Positions 12,141 through 25,586 of a stretch of 54,192 nt of DNA are shown here, piece after piece. The stretch covers positions 14,961 to 69,152 of the forward strand of contig MQRK01232050.1 in the NCBI GenBank assembly GCA_001938485.1. Reading direction: 5' to 3'. The stretch's first letter is position 1. The number at the start of each line of letters is the position of its first letter. The position numbers and the translations under genes were made by a program. Origin of the DNA: Girardia tigrina (lineage: Eukaryota). A model generated the notes under the pieces. It did not search any database, was not told the DNA's origin, and saw nothing but the letters and a program-made list of their open reading frames with translations.

Positions 12141-13792
12141 CAGTGCGTTCAGAAAGTCACTGTGTACCTTTCATTGTCTGGTTTATTTTTAGATAATCAG
12201 CGTTGTAGCAGACTTTTTTAATGCAAATTTCTATGAAATCGAACTATGAAATAGATTCGTGAACAAAACACATACCTACATACTTTGACCTTGACACTGA
12301 GCGTTTTAAATTAAAAAAAAATATCGTTTTGATATTCAATCTAATCATTGACGAAAGTCAATTTATTGCGAAGTTAATTCCAATTGAAAATGGTTTTGTC
12401 AACGGAGGAGAGAATATTTTTGATTGAACATGNNNNNNNNNNNNNNNNNNNNNNNNNNNNNNNNNNNNNNNNNNNNNNNNNNNNNNNNNNNNNNNNNNNN
12501 NNNNNNNNNNNNNNNNNNNNNNNNNNNNNNNNNNNNNNNNNNNNNNNNNNNNNNNNNNNNNNNNNNNNNNNNNNNNNNNNNNNNNNNNNNNNNNNNNNNN
12601 NNNNNNNNNNNNNNNNNNNNNNNNNNNNNNNNNNNNNNNNNNNNNNNNNNNNNNNNNNNNNNNNNNNNNNNNNNNNNNNNNNNNNNNNNNNNNNNNNNNN
12701 NNNNNNNNNNNNNNNNNNNNNNNNNNNNNNNNNNNNNNNNNNNNNNNNNNNNNNNNNNNNNNNNNNNNNNNNNNNNNNNNNNNNNNNNNNNNNNNNNNNN
12801 NNNNNNNNNNNNNNNNNNNNNNNNNNNNNNNNNNNNNNNNNNNNNNNNNNNNNNNNNNNNNNNNNNNNNNNNNNNNNNNNNNNNNNNNNNNNNNNNNNNN
12901 NNNNNNNNNNNNNNNNNNNNNNNNNNNNNNNNNNNNNNNNNNNNNNNNNNNNNNNNNNNNNNNNNNNNNNNNNNNNNNNNNNNNNNNNNNNNNNNNNNNN
13001 NNNNNNNNNNNNNNNNNNNNNNNNNNNNNNNNNNNNNNNNNNNNNNNNNNNNNNNNNNNNNNNNNNNNNNNNNNNNNNNNNNNNNNNNNNNNNNNNNNNN
13101 NNNNNNNNNNNNNNNNNNNNNNNNNNNNNNNNNNNNNNNNNNNNNNNNNNNNNNNNNNNNNNNNNNNNNNNNNNNNNNNNNNNNNNNNNNNNNNNNNNNN
13201 NNNNNNNNNNNNNNNNNNNNNNNNNNNNNNNNNNNNNNNNNNNNNNNNNNNNNNNNNNNNNNNNGCAAGACCTACGTGATAACATCCTACACCAAATTGA
13301 AGCCATCACCCAAGAGGAAATTCATCGAGTGTTCGAAAACTTGAAACGTCGAATTAATGTTTGTATTCACGAACTTGGTGGGCTTTTCCAGCAGTTGTTG
13401 TGACTCTTTTCTTGTTATTTTTAATAAATTAACCCTTTCGCAGCTGCTGGGACACATATGTCCCAGTGAATGTTTAAAAAGGCTGTTGGGACATATATGA
13501 CCCATCATAAAAGACGAATGGGATATATTTGTCCCAACCTCCCCAGCCGCCCCCTGAATAAATTTCCAAAAAAAACTTTTAAATAATAAATTTCAGACCG
13601 GAATAAACATTATATATTTAACAAAAATTATCTATAACTTAAAACGGAAAGCCGCTGCGAAAGGGTTAAGAGACGGTCATTGTTCTTCACATAAAATAGA
13701 CTATTCAAAATATTTTGTTATTGATTTTTAGAACACAGGATATCGTTCTTGTTTTGAAATTGCAGGTGCACAGTTACTTTTTGAACGCACTG
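12141..13792 (+). mobile_element. Tc1/mariner (rosa-like) transposon, transposase mostly in an N gap
   Basis: TIR CAGTGCGTTCA.AAAGT.ACTGTG.ACCT at both ends with TA TSD. ORF MVLSTEERIFLIEH...RRINVCIHELGGLFQQLL. Confidence 0.9.
13433..13665. mobile_element. piggyBac-type MITE nested in the Tc1/mariner
   Basis: TTAA-CCCTTTCGCAGC...GCTGCGAAAGGG-TTAA. Three internal palindromic TGGGACATATATGTCCCA-like units. Confidence 0.92.
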
Positions 13793-14002
13793 TATATAAA
13801 CAACGAAACATACGCATTACAAATCTCACCACTATTATTGGAAAAAAATACAAACAGTACACAACACTTTCTGTGTAAAAATTATTTTTTAATGTAAAAA
13901 AAATCATGTAAAAAATGATATTTATTTTAAAGTTTGTTTTAATATTTTGTAATTTAAATAAATCTTTGCAAATCACTCTCTTCTTTTTTTATTTAAAGTT
14001 AA

Positions 14003-15329
14003 TAATGTGTCCCATAAATAGTTTGGAAATTTCAAACGTGGTTATTTCAAACAAAATTTGCTTTTTTCGAAATTAGAAACATGTTCAGCTATAATAAAGT
14101 TTTTAATACAAATAAGCTTTAGATATTTCCACCATCGGCCTCAAAACACAAAGGACATCTCTCAATAACTGAGTTAACACAATTAGAAAAGAAACATTGA
14201 GAGAGTGCATGAAATTCATTTTGAATAGCAGTTTTTAGTTCTTCCACTGAATTATAGTTCTTGGCACTCACTTTCATTTTAAGATGGGGCCACAATCCAA
14301 TATCTGCTGGTGTCAAATCGGGTGAATATCCTGGCCAAGAAAAGGGAAACCCTCGGCTTATTACTGCATCTTCTTCAAATTCTCTTTTCAAAAACTCTTT
14401 GGTGTTCAATGCAGTGTGAGGCGTTGCCCCATCCTGTTGAAATATGGTTCTGCTGAACTTTTTGTGCTTCTTTAAGTTCGGAATTACATAATCCTTTAGC
14501 ATTGACTGATAGCTCTTAGCTGTGACTGTAGAATTAAAAAAGAAAGGTCCAATGCACACTCGTAATGAAACTCCCGCCCAGACCATTATTTTCTGGGGAT
14601 ATTGTTTCACAGGGAAACTGGGATTTGGAGGAGAAAAACTGCCTTTTGGTGCCCAAATCCTTTCGTTCTGCTTATTTAAATGAGCATTGCAGTCGAAGAT
14701 GGACTCATCAGTGAATAGGATTATGTCCAGGAAATCAGGATCTGCATCCACTTGTGCGAGGAATTTTTCACAAAATGCATGTCTTTCTTGTTGTGTGTTA
14801 GCAGAAACAAAGTATTCATACTTGTTTTTATATGGGAACATGTTAAGTTTGTGTGTTAAAATACGATGGACAGTAGACTTCGATAATTTTATTAACTGAC
14901 TTGCAGAGAGAACAGATTAAACTTATCCAATATCAGCTATGACATTAACATTTTCATCGTTCTCTTTTCGACAAGGAGGACTTCGTTTTTTTAATGAACC
15001 TGTTTCCAAGAAGTTCTTCAACAAATAATCCACTGTTGAATGGGAATGTTTCACAGAATTATTTGTTATGTTTTTCTCTGTGTAATACCCACGTATCGCT
15101 CCAGTAACCGACTCTGCTTGCAAGTAATAATGCTTCACTAACAGTAATTTATCGCTCAAAGGTAGATTCATATTTGTAAGTCCGCCGTAAAAGTAATAAC
15201 ATTGTCTCAACTATTTAAATAAAACTTTACTCTATGCTGAATCTAATAAAAATAAAATCGTTTTAAATTTTTTATTTTTTGAAGTGTAGGTATTATGTTC
15301 ATATTTCCAACTATTTATGGGACACACAA
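14003..15329 (-). mobile_element. rosa-like Tc1/mariner (DD42D spacing) transposon
   Basis: TIR TGTGTCCCATAAATAGTT. ORFs 15210-14923 and 14841-14119 with FTDES, FQQDGATPH and WPGYSPDLTPAD; 42 residues between the second and third D. Confidence 0.9.
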
Positions 15330-15334
15330 TATAA

Positions 15335-15518
15335 ATGAGCAGCCATTTTTGCTGTTTGATAAGGGTCCCGATTCTCAATCAAGAGTCATCAGGCCAGTGT
15401 TTGGAATTGCTTGCTAGAAACAGCACATGGTTTATGGATGGAAACTTTTTAATTATGATTAATTAACGTAGGATTTTTTTCGGTACCCTTTGTTTCTGGT
15501 ACTCTTTTTCATACAATC
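15335..15518 (+). mobile_element. MULE transposase scrap plus right TIR
   Basis: PFLLFDKGPDSQSRV...LELLARNSTWFMDGNF followed by TIR GTAGGATTTTTTTCGGTACCC...TACAATC. Confidence 0.7.
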
Positions 15519-16247
15519 ATCAAATTATCCATTTGATTTATATTCACTTTCACATATGCCTCGATGTATATAAGATTTGGAGTGAATTACTCTTAAATCC
15601 AACAATATCTTTTTGTAGTCTAATTTTATAAAGTAGCTTCATGATAATATTTAAACATTGTGTCATTACCTTTGAACTATATGTTATGCTACTATTTCAA
15701 TGAGTGACATCACTCATATTTGCAGTGACATGTAACACGCGATAATATAAGTATATTATAATAAATTAAGTGATTAAAGTCTCTGAAAAATAAGTTTATT
15801 TTCAAATAACTTAAAACACATGTTAAACTAGAGGATTCTATTTTGTTGAAATTTAGTTCGTAAAATGACATGTTCAAGCAAAACAGGTATCCGATTCACA
15901 ATATTTTTCTTTGGATTTGACGAAATAAAAGTATCAATATAAAAAATCTGTTAAAAATTGCATCTATCGTTCTGAGGAATATTTTAAATTGTGTATGGAA
16001 TTGTATTAAATTGAATTGGAATTGTGATTCTCCCACCCAGTTGGAAAATTGGTGCGTTATTGTATTTGCAATAACTGTTCATTTGAACAGAATTTACATT
16101 TTTAAAATTAATGAAAATTTAATAATATGATAAAATTTAAATATAATATGGGGTAATTTCTAATAGAAGTAGTCTTTTAAAATTAAAATAAACTCGTTTA
16201 ATGCTAAAATTAAATACATTTAAGAGCTTTGAATAAGTTAGAAATTA

Positions 16248-16807
16248 CGAGGGGCGTTCCGAAAGTAAGTGGAAAAAAGGGAGATGACACCACAAGAAAG
16301 CATTTATTGAAGTAATACAATGTCATTCATCATCCTCATCACTGTCAAACTTTTCAAGATACTCACCAGAAATGCGAATGCACTTATTCCAACGCTTCAC
16401 TAATACCTTGATGCCACTGTCAAAGAATTCCGTCGTCCAAGGATTCACGTTCATTTTCGAATTGACGCACCCAATTTTAGACTGCAGATTTTTGCAGGGC
16501 TCTTCCTTGAAACACATTTGATAAGCGGCGCACAATGTCAGACACTGGAGTATCCTTTTTCCAAAGGAAAAAGATGATGGCACGCTGAGAACATACTGCG
16601 TCTTCCATGTGTTAAACAAAAATAAAAACACTGTCTATGACATTTTCCTCTATGCTGCTCACATGTTGCATGGACCAATGCCACTTGCTCGATTTCTATT
16701 GGCTGGTAAGTACATCACGCCACCACGCCATCTGCCCCTCTGTAAGATGCACACACACGCGCACACCCGCATATAAGTATTTCCACTTACTTTCGGAACG
16801 CCACTCG
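16248..16807 (-). mobile_element. Internally deleted irritans-type mariner
   Basis: TIR CGAG.GGCGTTCCGAAAGTAAGTGGAAA with TA TSD. C-terminal FFDSGIKVLVKRWNKCIRISGEYLEK. Confidence 0.9.
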
Positions 16808-16914
16808 TAGTTTGTGGGCCTCCCATCTCTGTAATGGTATTGAGCCTAAGGCTCTTTAGAGGGTCCACCCAAACTAAAGTCCTTAAGGGCCCCCCGATAG
16901 GCCTGCTACGGGAT

Positions 16915-17290
16915 CAGTGGCCTTCCGCTTCTAAGCAATCGGCTTGCCAGTAACGAACGACCAACCATGGAACTTGGTACCTTTGCCATACATGCCGTTG
17001 GCTGTTACGGTGGACGCATAACAACCACGAAATGGGCACTTGAATTGTCCTCTTGCAGTTTTGTAATCGGCTGGCAGTCGGTATTGTAGGTGCGTCTCTT
17101 CGGCATCGTCGTTCGGCTGTATCATCGGCATACTCACAGTTGCGTCCGGCAACTGAGGATTGGATTGGTTTGATGTCGGCTCTTCCAAGTTTTCTTCTCT
17201 CTGGGCGTTGGATGTTGGCGCTTCTTGATGATTCTTCTGAATATGAAACCTTAGGAAACCAGTGGTCTTGTATTGCCTCGGACAAATTCG
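16915..17290 (-). mobile_element. Possible 5' fragment of an R2/NeSL-like non-LTR retrotransposon (zinc-finger region)
   Basis: GC-rich ORF with degenerate C2H2-like FKCPFRGC...T..GM....KFH. Confidence 0.4.
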
Positions 17291-17551
17291 TTTAAATATT
17301 TTTACACTTTTAAGAAATATTTTACAGTTAAAATTAAAAATGTTTTTGAAAAATTAGGAAATTTGTTCGAATAATCGTTATTAACAATCCAAAAATAGCA
17401 CTAATTAGAACGATTAAAAATGATGAAAGAAAGTTGTGATGACTATAATTGCGATATTAATAAATGCTTGCATTGGTAATTGTGTCGGTATTCTTAGAAA
17501 TCGTCAAAAATGGTTATTTTGCTTTTATAAATATAGTATATACTTTTTTAA

Positions 17552-17804
17552 CCCTTACTATACCATACTGTGTAACATGTACACATTGCTTCTAATAACT
17601 TAAATATCTCTATTATTTTTTTATTATCTCGATATTTTTCATGAATTTAGCAGATAAATTTCATTTATTATCCTATATTGATTTCTATCATAAGCAGTGT
17701 CAATGATTATTTCCATTTACATCGATTTTAAACCATTCGTTTTTGAATGTGTAGCTACTACACAGCACAGTCACACGCGTATTTTTAGCACGGTAAGGGA
17801 TAGG
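17552..17804. mobile_element. piggyBac-like MITE (imperfect ends)
   Basis: TTAA-CCCTTAC...GTAAGGGATAGG-TTAA, with internal palindromic TGTGTA..TACACA motifs near both ends. Confidence 0.55.
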
Positions 17805-17809
17805 TTAAA

Positions 17810-18538
17810 TCTCACATTTATATTAATATGTATTTACTAGAAAAAACCCCGTTATGTATGACGGGGAGTGAAACTTCGTCTTTGAAAGTTTCTATTTTAA
17901 TTAAAAAATAGTAGTTACAATTTATTATTTATTGTTTCGAATCAGTTTTTAATTATTCCATTATTTTAAATTAAATTCTTTTTTATTTTCTTTACAAACC
18001 CTAACCCTATCCTCATAAACCTAACTCTAACCCAACCTTAAGCCTAACCATAACTGTAACCTAACGCTAATCATTAACCTACGTTTTAATGTATCTAGGT
18101 ATAGAGAATTTTATTGTAGCGTCTATTGTGCTGGGTTCTGTTTGTATTACATCTTTATTAATTACATGTCCTAGGACATCAATCTCTTTTTTTTAGAAAC
18201 GCCGTTCAAACGGTGAAAAATTAGATAATGAAAGCTCTATTGATAACTTTAATAAAATTAATTTCAAAAATAAAAATAATTGAAAATTTTTTTAAGAAAT
18301 ATTTAATTAAATAATATTTGTCCTAAATGATTTTATTCTAACATTTATGTTTTACTTTATATATTGAAAAATATAGTAAATTATTTGGTAACCGTTCATG
18401 ACAGTAAATTCGAGTTTTAAGAAACATTAATTTGAAAGTTTTAGAAAAGACTAAATGTATTTCGAAAAATAAGTTTATGAATAAAACAGAAACTTTTAAA
18501 GACGAAAATTTAAGATCACCCGCCGGGATTTTTGCTAG
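17810..18538 (+). mobile_element. Non-autonomous Helitron-like element
   Basis: A|TC start, subterminal ACTAG..CCCCGT..ACGGGG hairpin, 3' CCCGCCGGG hairpin and CTAG|T end. Internal degenerate CCTAAC array at ~17997-18082. Confidence 0.6.
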
Positions 18539-18602
18539 TAATAATAATAATTATTATTATATTTTATATTATTATGTTTATTATTATTATTTTTGAAATC
18601 AG

Positions 18603-18805
18603 TATTCAAATATTTGGAGTTTACCGAGCTTGATTCTCTCATTTTGTCAATTGCTCCTTCTTCTATTCGTGCCCCAATTTGTATGGCAGATATTTACGAA
18701 ATGTGGTCAAAACTCGAGTGTTATGTTAAAACTCACCGGATTCATCAATTGGGCGTGTGTGATTTTACATTGGAACAGTTGAAGGACATGTGGCAAAATG
18801 TCGAG
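18603..18805 (+). CDS. GCLM: GCLM exon (aldo-keto reductase fold core)
   Basis: FKYLEFTELDSLILS...WSKLECYVKTHRIHQLGVCDFTLEQLKDMWQNVE matches GCLM LDSVII...WEELE.LV....I.AIG.SD....L..L. CAG acceptor ending 18602; GAG|GCAAGA donor. Confidence 0.9.
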
Positions 18806-18908
18806 GCAAGATCTTTATCAGCCTTTTAGTTATTTAATTTATGAATAAATAAAAATATTATTTAAAACTGATCGAAATTTATAATTAATAATAGCAAATT
18901 AATACTTA

Positions 18909-19804
18909 CGAGGGTTGTCCCAAAAGTTCACGGACTGAGAGAATATGGCGTGGTCACGTGTGTGCGTGACTGTAACGCGCGGTGTGTGTACGATGACATT
19001 AGGGGGGAACCAACCAATTGTAATTGAGGTGAACTCTCATTGGCTTCCCGTCGGCATGTGTGTGACATACGAATGTATTAATTTGTCATTTTCCTCTCTT
19101 GGAGTTAGTATGGAAGAGGCAGTGAAATTTCAACGAGTAATCATCTATTTCCTTTGGAAGGAAGATATTGTGCACCATTTACACCGCGTCTTTGGTGATG
19201 CCGCTATGGGAACTGCTGTCTTTAAGTGGGTGCAACGATTCCAGGCAGGGCGTCAATCATTGGAGGATGATGAACGCAGTGGGAGACCAACAACGTCCGG
19301 ATATTAAGAAAATGTGAAAGTTATCGAGGAAGTCATTCTTGGTGACAGATGTCTCACTATCCGTGAGATAGCAGCTATTATAGGCGTTTCTAAAAGTCAG
19401 GTGCACCGCATCATGTCAGAGGAGCTGCATATGAGGAAACTGACTGCCAGGTGGGTGCCGCGCCTCCTCAACAACGACCAGAAGGCTAATCGAAAGTCTG
19501 CTTGTCAAGAACTGCTGCAACAGGTTCATGATCTCGGTTAGGCGTTCTGGTCACGGATTGTGACAGTGGACGAAACGTGACTCCCGTTTTATCTTCCTGA
19601 AACCAAAGAGCAGTCCCGTCAATGGTGCCGCCCAGGTGACAGACCCCCTTTAAAGACGAAGACCGTCCCTTCAGCCGTGAAGGTAATGGTTACATTCTTT
19701 TGGGACTGTGATGGGATAATTCACATTGATTACCTTCCAAAGGGGGTCACCATCAACATATTTGTTGTTACTTATCAATCTGCGAACTTTTGGGACACCC
19801 CTCG
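18909..19804 (+). mobile_element. irritans-type mariner with 3' internal deletion
   Basis: TIR CGAGGG.TGTCCCAAAAGTTC with TA TSD. Motifs DDERSGRP, ARWVPRLL and VTVDET; catalytic C-terminus missing. Confidence 0.92.
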
Positions 19805-20339
19805 TAGATTATTTTTAGATTTTTGAAAAGTTTTCTTATTATGTGTAAATTGTAATTATTACTACCGCAGTAACAAATGCAAACCAAATAAAAAATTATA
19901 TTTATAAACAATAAGTTATGTATTATTTCAACAATTAATTGTTCTTATTAGTTTACAATCTGATTATTTCTATTTTATAAGTGGCATTAGATATAAATGA
20001 TTTCATTACTGATTTTTTAAGATCTTTTGTGAACAATTTACTGACATTACTTACATTATTGACTGAAATTCATCAATTTATTAGAGTATAATCAATTTAT
20101 TACAAGTATAATCTTTTATTTAGTTTACCAATGTTATGGTTTTTAAGTTACCCCCAAGAGTTCTTATCATTTAGATAATTCTTTTAATAGATATTGTTTA
20201 TATCCACTATGAATCGGATATCCTTCAACAAGCTATTTGAAGGCCTTGATCACATTTTCCTATGATGTACAGCAAATTCAGCACATCACTTGTTATACAT
20301 TTGAAAACACGAAGAAGTTACATAATGCGAGTGGAGACT

Positions 20340-20500
20340 GTATCGTGGTAGATTAACTTTATTGATATGTATTTGGCGAGAATAACCATCTGAACAGGAG
20401 GATTGGTCCCCGCCTGACCATGGTCTCCAGAATTTGCGGCGGACAACTTCTGTAATTGTGCGCCGCTGCATCTATCGTTTTGTTTTCACTTGAACAGTCC
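20340..20500 (-). mobile_element. Gypsy integrase C-terminal scrap
   Basis: RKFWRPWSG...QIHINKV resembles the GPY/F module. Confidence 0.4.
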
Positions 20501-20994
20501 TAATTGTGAATAATGAAATCCAACCAGACTAACTGAACTAACTCAATGAGCCTGTTTGGATCGTTAAAAAATAGATTTAACAAATAAATAAATGAGCAAA
20601 TTTCGTTTTAACAAATAAAACTTTAATTATTAGAACGATCACTCACAAATATACTATTAATCACTAATGTCAATCGATTTGTTGGTTATTGTCACACTGG
20701 ATGATCACAAAATTTCGGCGAAGTAAAATTATCCGGAAAACTTGGCGAATCGTACAAAAATAGCCGTTTAAAATCACGAATTATTAAGAGCGTTTTCACG
20801 TCGAATTTTCAATTAGAAATTATTATTTGTGTAATGATTATTTTTAATTTTGTATTAAATTATTATTATTATGGAAACGAGCTAGATGAAAATTATTCAT
20901 CTTCATTAGATTTGCTTTCATGTTTTGTGTTTCTTCTTTTCTTTTTATCTTCCTCTTTCTGACCTTAATTCTTTCTTTAAAAAAATAAAATAAC

Positions 20995-21032
<38 letters not shown>

Positions 21033-21299
21033 AAAACAGTCTTTTCAGAGGCACGAGAACAATGGGTAGTACATAGCTAAAAATAAAATAAAAGGTCAGG
21101 AGATTACATAATAAAAAAACATCAGCAAATAAATCAACACGCCGTTACATGCTCGCCGAATACAAAACACATGTTTAGGGGAATTTACCCCAAAGAAAAA
21201 CCGGTGTGTATCCTGTGAGGTTATTACACTAATCATAGGAATGACCGCCATTTGCTTAGCCAACTTGCACTCTCGTCTGAATTATTCAGGATGGGATTC

Positions 21300-21633
21300 T
21301 CCTACAGGTGCTCTCTGCGTTGCTGCAACTTAGTTTCTTGATTAAAACTGTAGATCCAAGATTTGTTACAACTTATTATCTCCCAGGCGAACTGCTACAG
21401 GAGAGAGAAAGCATGAATAGCGAGCGTTGTCACTTTTCTTGTTAATATGGAGAAGTTTAGTCGACATGTGTTTCCACTCAACTTGATAAATATGATTTTC
21501 GTGCAAGACAACGCGAGGCCTCATGTTTCCAAAGTGACGTCCATGTTTCTAGCAAACAAGAATGCTACCTTGCTCCGTCAATCACCATATTCCCCTGATT
21601 ATAACATCTTGGATCGCTTTATTCACCCTTACT
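21300..21633 (+). mobile_element. mariner transposase remnant with inverted 5' piece
   Basis: Plus strand VQDNARPH...QSPYSPDYNILD. Minus strand 21385-21305 reads ISCNKSWIYSFNQETK, a TGDESWIY-like motif. Confidence 0.65.
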
Positions 21634-23863
21634 TNNNNNNNNNNNNNNNNNNNNNNNNNNNNNNNNNNNNNNNNNNNNNNNNNNNNNNNNNNNNNNNNNN
21701 NNNNNNNNNNNNNNNNNNNNNNNNNNNNNNNNNNNNNNNNNNNNNNNNNNNNNNNNNNNNNNNNNNNNNNNNNNNNNNNNNNNNNNNNNNNNNNNNNNNN
21801 NNNNNNNNNNNNNNNNNNNNNNNNNNNNNNNNNNNNNNNNNNNNNNNNNNNNNNNNNNNNNNNNNNNNNNNNNNNNNNNNNTTTAAAAATATTAAATCGT
21901 TTCAAATTTTCATATTAAAATTTAAATAAAGTAAATAGTTTTAACTAAGTTTTGAATTAAATAAATGTTCTTTCTTTCCATAAAATAATTTTTTAAATAA
22001 GATTAATATGTAAATAAAATTATTACTAAAATTACAAAATTTGAACTTTAAAAATAAAATCTGAAAATAATGAAAAATTTGCTCGGATAATTGTTTATTA
22101 AAAAACAGTAACTAAAATTTATTAATTTAGAACGATGTCGAATTACGAAAGTTTTGCTGAGAGTTGTCCGAAAGACAATTCTGATTGTATTGAAAATAAA
22201 AGTTCGAAAACCCATGTTGGTGTTCTTAATAACATCAAGAACTGAAAAATATTTCTGCTGATCGATGGTCATCTGAGATGGGAAAACTGATACAATGCCT
22301 CTCTAATGTTATAAAGAAGAATGGTGATTATGAATGAATGTATTACACAGGGTTGTTGTTTTACATTGCTCGTTAAAAATGATATTGACATTTCAAAAGT
22401 CTCATTCTTTCTCATTTAGATGCGTACGTATTTTAATTTTAATTTTTTAAAACTTGATTTTTAAAGGTAATATATATTTCGATTCTAGGTCGATTCGATT
22501 AATGGTCCTTTCGCCTAAGATAATTTCGATTAACAGTTAAATCATGATTTAAAATAGTTAATGATCAGGTCTCGGACTGATTAATATAATCTTTAATTAT
22601 CATATCTTAGTAAAAAACCTGAAAATTATTTGAATAATTGTTTAGAGTATGTGAATTTTTAAATATTTACACACATACATACATACACACACATATATAT
22701 ATATATATATATATTAGTAAAAGTAATTCTAAATCTCAGAAGGATAAATGAAATTTAATTTATCAAAAATTTAATTTATTTAAAATTTAATTTACAATAA
22801 CGAATTCCCACCTTTTTACAATAATAATTTTTTTAATATCATAGTTTAAAATCTTTTTTATCTATTTTTAAATCATCAAATACATTATTTTATTTAGCTT
22901 TAATTAACATCACAAATCAAAATTTTGATATTTTAATCTCAAATGGGATCCGTCTCAATGTTCAGTGATTCTATGATAACATTATGAGGATTCGGCAAAT
23001 TTCCAATCACATTCGTAATTTTTATTATCATCAAAGAATGTATTCTCGACGATGAAACTGTACTCATACTTGCGAGGAATTGGTGCAAATCTTCATTTTT
23101 TTCATGAAACAATTTATTTGAAAATTCGGCAATTAAACTTTTCTGTTTAGGATTCTGCAACGACTCTTTCCATTTGTTAATAATTATCATTTCGTCCTTT
23201 TTAAATACTTTTACTCACTGCTAGTTTTCCAATATGCTTTCCAGCATATATATCTAGGGTGAACACTTTTCGCCAGGTCTGGCGAATTTTTTTGTTAACT
23301 AAATGCCTGTAAGAAAATACCTGACCGAAATCATATTTATTTTATAAAGATAATTATGTTATTCATTTATCGATTTATTAAATGAATTTATACTTTTAAT
23401 ACCGAATTAATTTAATAATTTTTTAATAATTTTATTACCGAATTTTTGTCTTGACCAAAACAAATGTATCTCTCGAGCAGTGGGTGTTGTAATAATATCA
23501 CTTGGATTGCTACCAAACAAACATAAATAATAAATGTTTGCTTCGGAATATAAAAAATCCACGACTGCGAATTGCCAAAGCGAAGAAATAAAATTAGTCT
23601 TTAATGCGAATGCTATGCACAATAATCATTATTTCTATTCATTATTTTAAAATTATTTTATATATATACATTTATAATTTTAATTTATATATATTTATAT
23701 AGTTATAAATATATTAGTGAATAGTCACTACATGATAGACATTTTTTTACTACGAATAGCATATTGCACTGTGAATAATATGTCATGCTCAGATTTAATT
23801 ATTAAATAGTGTTCAGTGTTAAGAAGGCATCATTATTTTACAGTGTACATATAGGCATATTTG

Positions 23864-24513
23864 GGTACTTTCACTTTATCTCGACCTCTAAAATTTTTGA
23901 TAAAAAAATAAATAAAATTTAAAAATTGAACAAACAATTTATTCAAACGACTTAAATACTCAAAAAGCATTGTTCTTGCGCTTGGTATACACGCTCTCAT
24001 CAATTTCCACGATCATGTCTTGGCCACCAATCTTCCGTTGCGGACGTCGAGTCAATTGTTCGGCAACTGCTTCACGCATATAGGCGTTCCAATCAACGGG
24101 TGTATTCTATCCTGTACCCAACTCTTCCTTGCACCATTTGATTGATGTGTACTCTTTGGACCAACCATAAAAGAAGCGTACAGCAGTGACAAATGACAAA
24201 CGTGAATACACAAACCAAGTACCGGTACTGATATTGACTTTCTTTTTGCAGGCACTTCCAAAAGATTTCTTGACTAAAGTATAGCTTCATATTGTGATTG
24301 TTCGGACAAAATCTTTCGGTCGGCAAGATACTATTCTCTTGGAGGAGAGTAACGGCCTCTTTTTCGGTGCGCGGTAAATCAAAGAGATTCATACTAATTC
24401 ATATAAATTTTAGAATTAAATAAATAATTTATTAATCAATATTTTCTCCATATTTAATAAATATAAAAATTAGTTATCAAAAATTTTAGGGGTCGAGATA
24501 AAGTGAAAGTACC
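23864..24513 (-). mobile_element. Merlin (IS1016/ISXO2-like) internally deleted transposon
   Basis: ~40-bp TIR GGTACTTTCACTTTATCTCGACC.CTAAAATTTTTGATAA and 8-bp TSD CATATTTG/CAAATTTG. N-terminal MNLFDLP...CPNNHNM....FWKC Zn motif. Confidence 0.88.
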
Positions 24514-25471
24514 CAAATTTGTCATATTTTTTGATTATTTAACAACCTCGTGAGGGATATTGTAAGTTTGTTGTTTGTATGCTGTTTAGATTTGTGACTC
24601 TCCTACTCAGATGGGATTGATATGTTTATTGATTGATTATTTGAATCTAATGAAATTAATTTAATGATATTAATTTTAAGTACTAATTAATTAAAGTTTG
24701 ATAATTATGAATTTTAATAATATTTTCAGTAAATGATTTTAACTTATTAAATGTAATATATTTTAAAAATTAATGTTTATTTAAAAAAATTATGTATTGA
24801 CATTTATTGACTTTTATCCAATAAAAAATATGAGAAATTAAAATTTATTATTAAACTTTCCCATTCATTGTTTTTTTAGATTTGAATATATTAACAAAAA
24901 ACTATATCAATCAAAGAAAGATGACAAATGAAAATTGTTGTGAAGAAACTGTTTGTGTTGTCAATAAATGTTTGCATTCAAATTGTGATGCTGTTAATAA
25001 ACCTGAAAAAACTTTGATTTTGAGGAATCGACTATGGTTTAGACTAACCATGAAGGATATTAAATGATCTTTAGCTAATATCATGACTTTATGGCTCAAA
25101 ATTAACTTTAACAGGAAACTCTCAATCGCCTAAGCTTTAATTCAGATTTTAAGGAATCGATATTTGATGACTTTGAGTGACCTTATATTATATTAGACCT
25201 TAGTAACTACGATAAATTAGTGTATGCAAGTTTCCGAGAGCAAACAGCGAAAACTAGAAATTAGACCTTGAGCGATCTTGGGTTATTATACCGGTCCATA
25301 TCAGGATTAACGTGACCTATCCAAAAATAATTAGCTTATGATATCTTGACAGCTTCTGCTAGCCATAAAGAGTGATAAACATATACTTGCTTGATCTTAA
25401 ATTCCTTTGTTTTTTTCGTAAAACTTAATTCTTTTTTCAAAAACTATTTGTTAATTTCGTATTGATTTTAG

Positions 25472-25586
25472 ATAAAACCAACAATTAATCAAATCCATGC
25501 AATGAGGATGTGTTCTGTTTCACAGGAACTAAAGGACTTCGCTTCTGACAATCATATTCAACTTTTGTCACATAATGACAGACCCG
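25472..25586 (+). CDS. GCLM: GCLM exon (IKPTINQIHAMRMCSVSQELKDFASDNHIQLLSHNDRP)
   Basis: TTTTAG phase-0 acceptor and G|GTTTGT donor. Matches GCLM VKPNSNQVNL..CC..PPDLTAFA...DIQLLTHNDP. Confidence 0.92.

Noticed and set aside
12374-13344. Long ORFs of ~300 aa (also 26783-27760 and 21562-21918)
   Set aside because: Artefacts of N gaps. Only the flanks of 12384-13403 are real transposase.
17997-18082. Telomere-like CCCTAA tract
   Set aside because: Short, degenerate and internal to a Helitron-like repeat; not a chromosome end.
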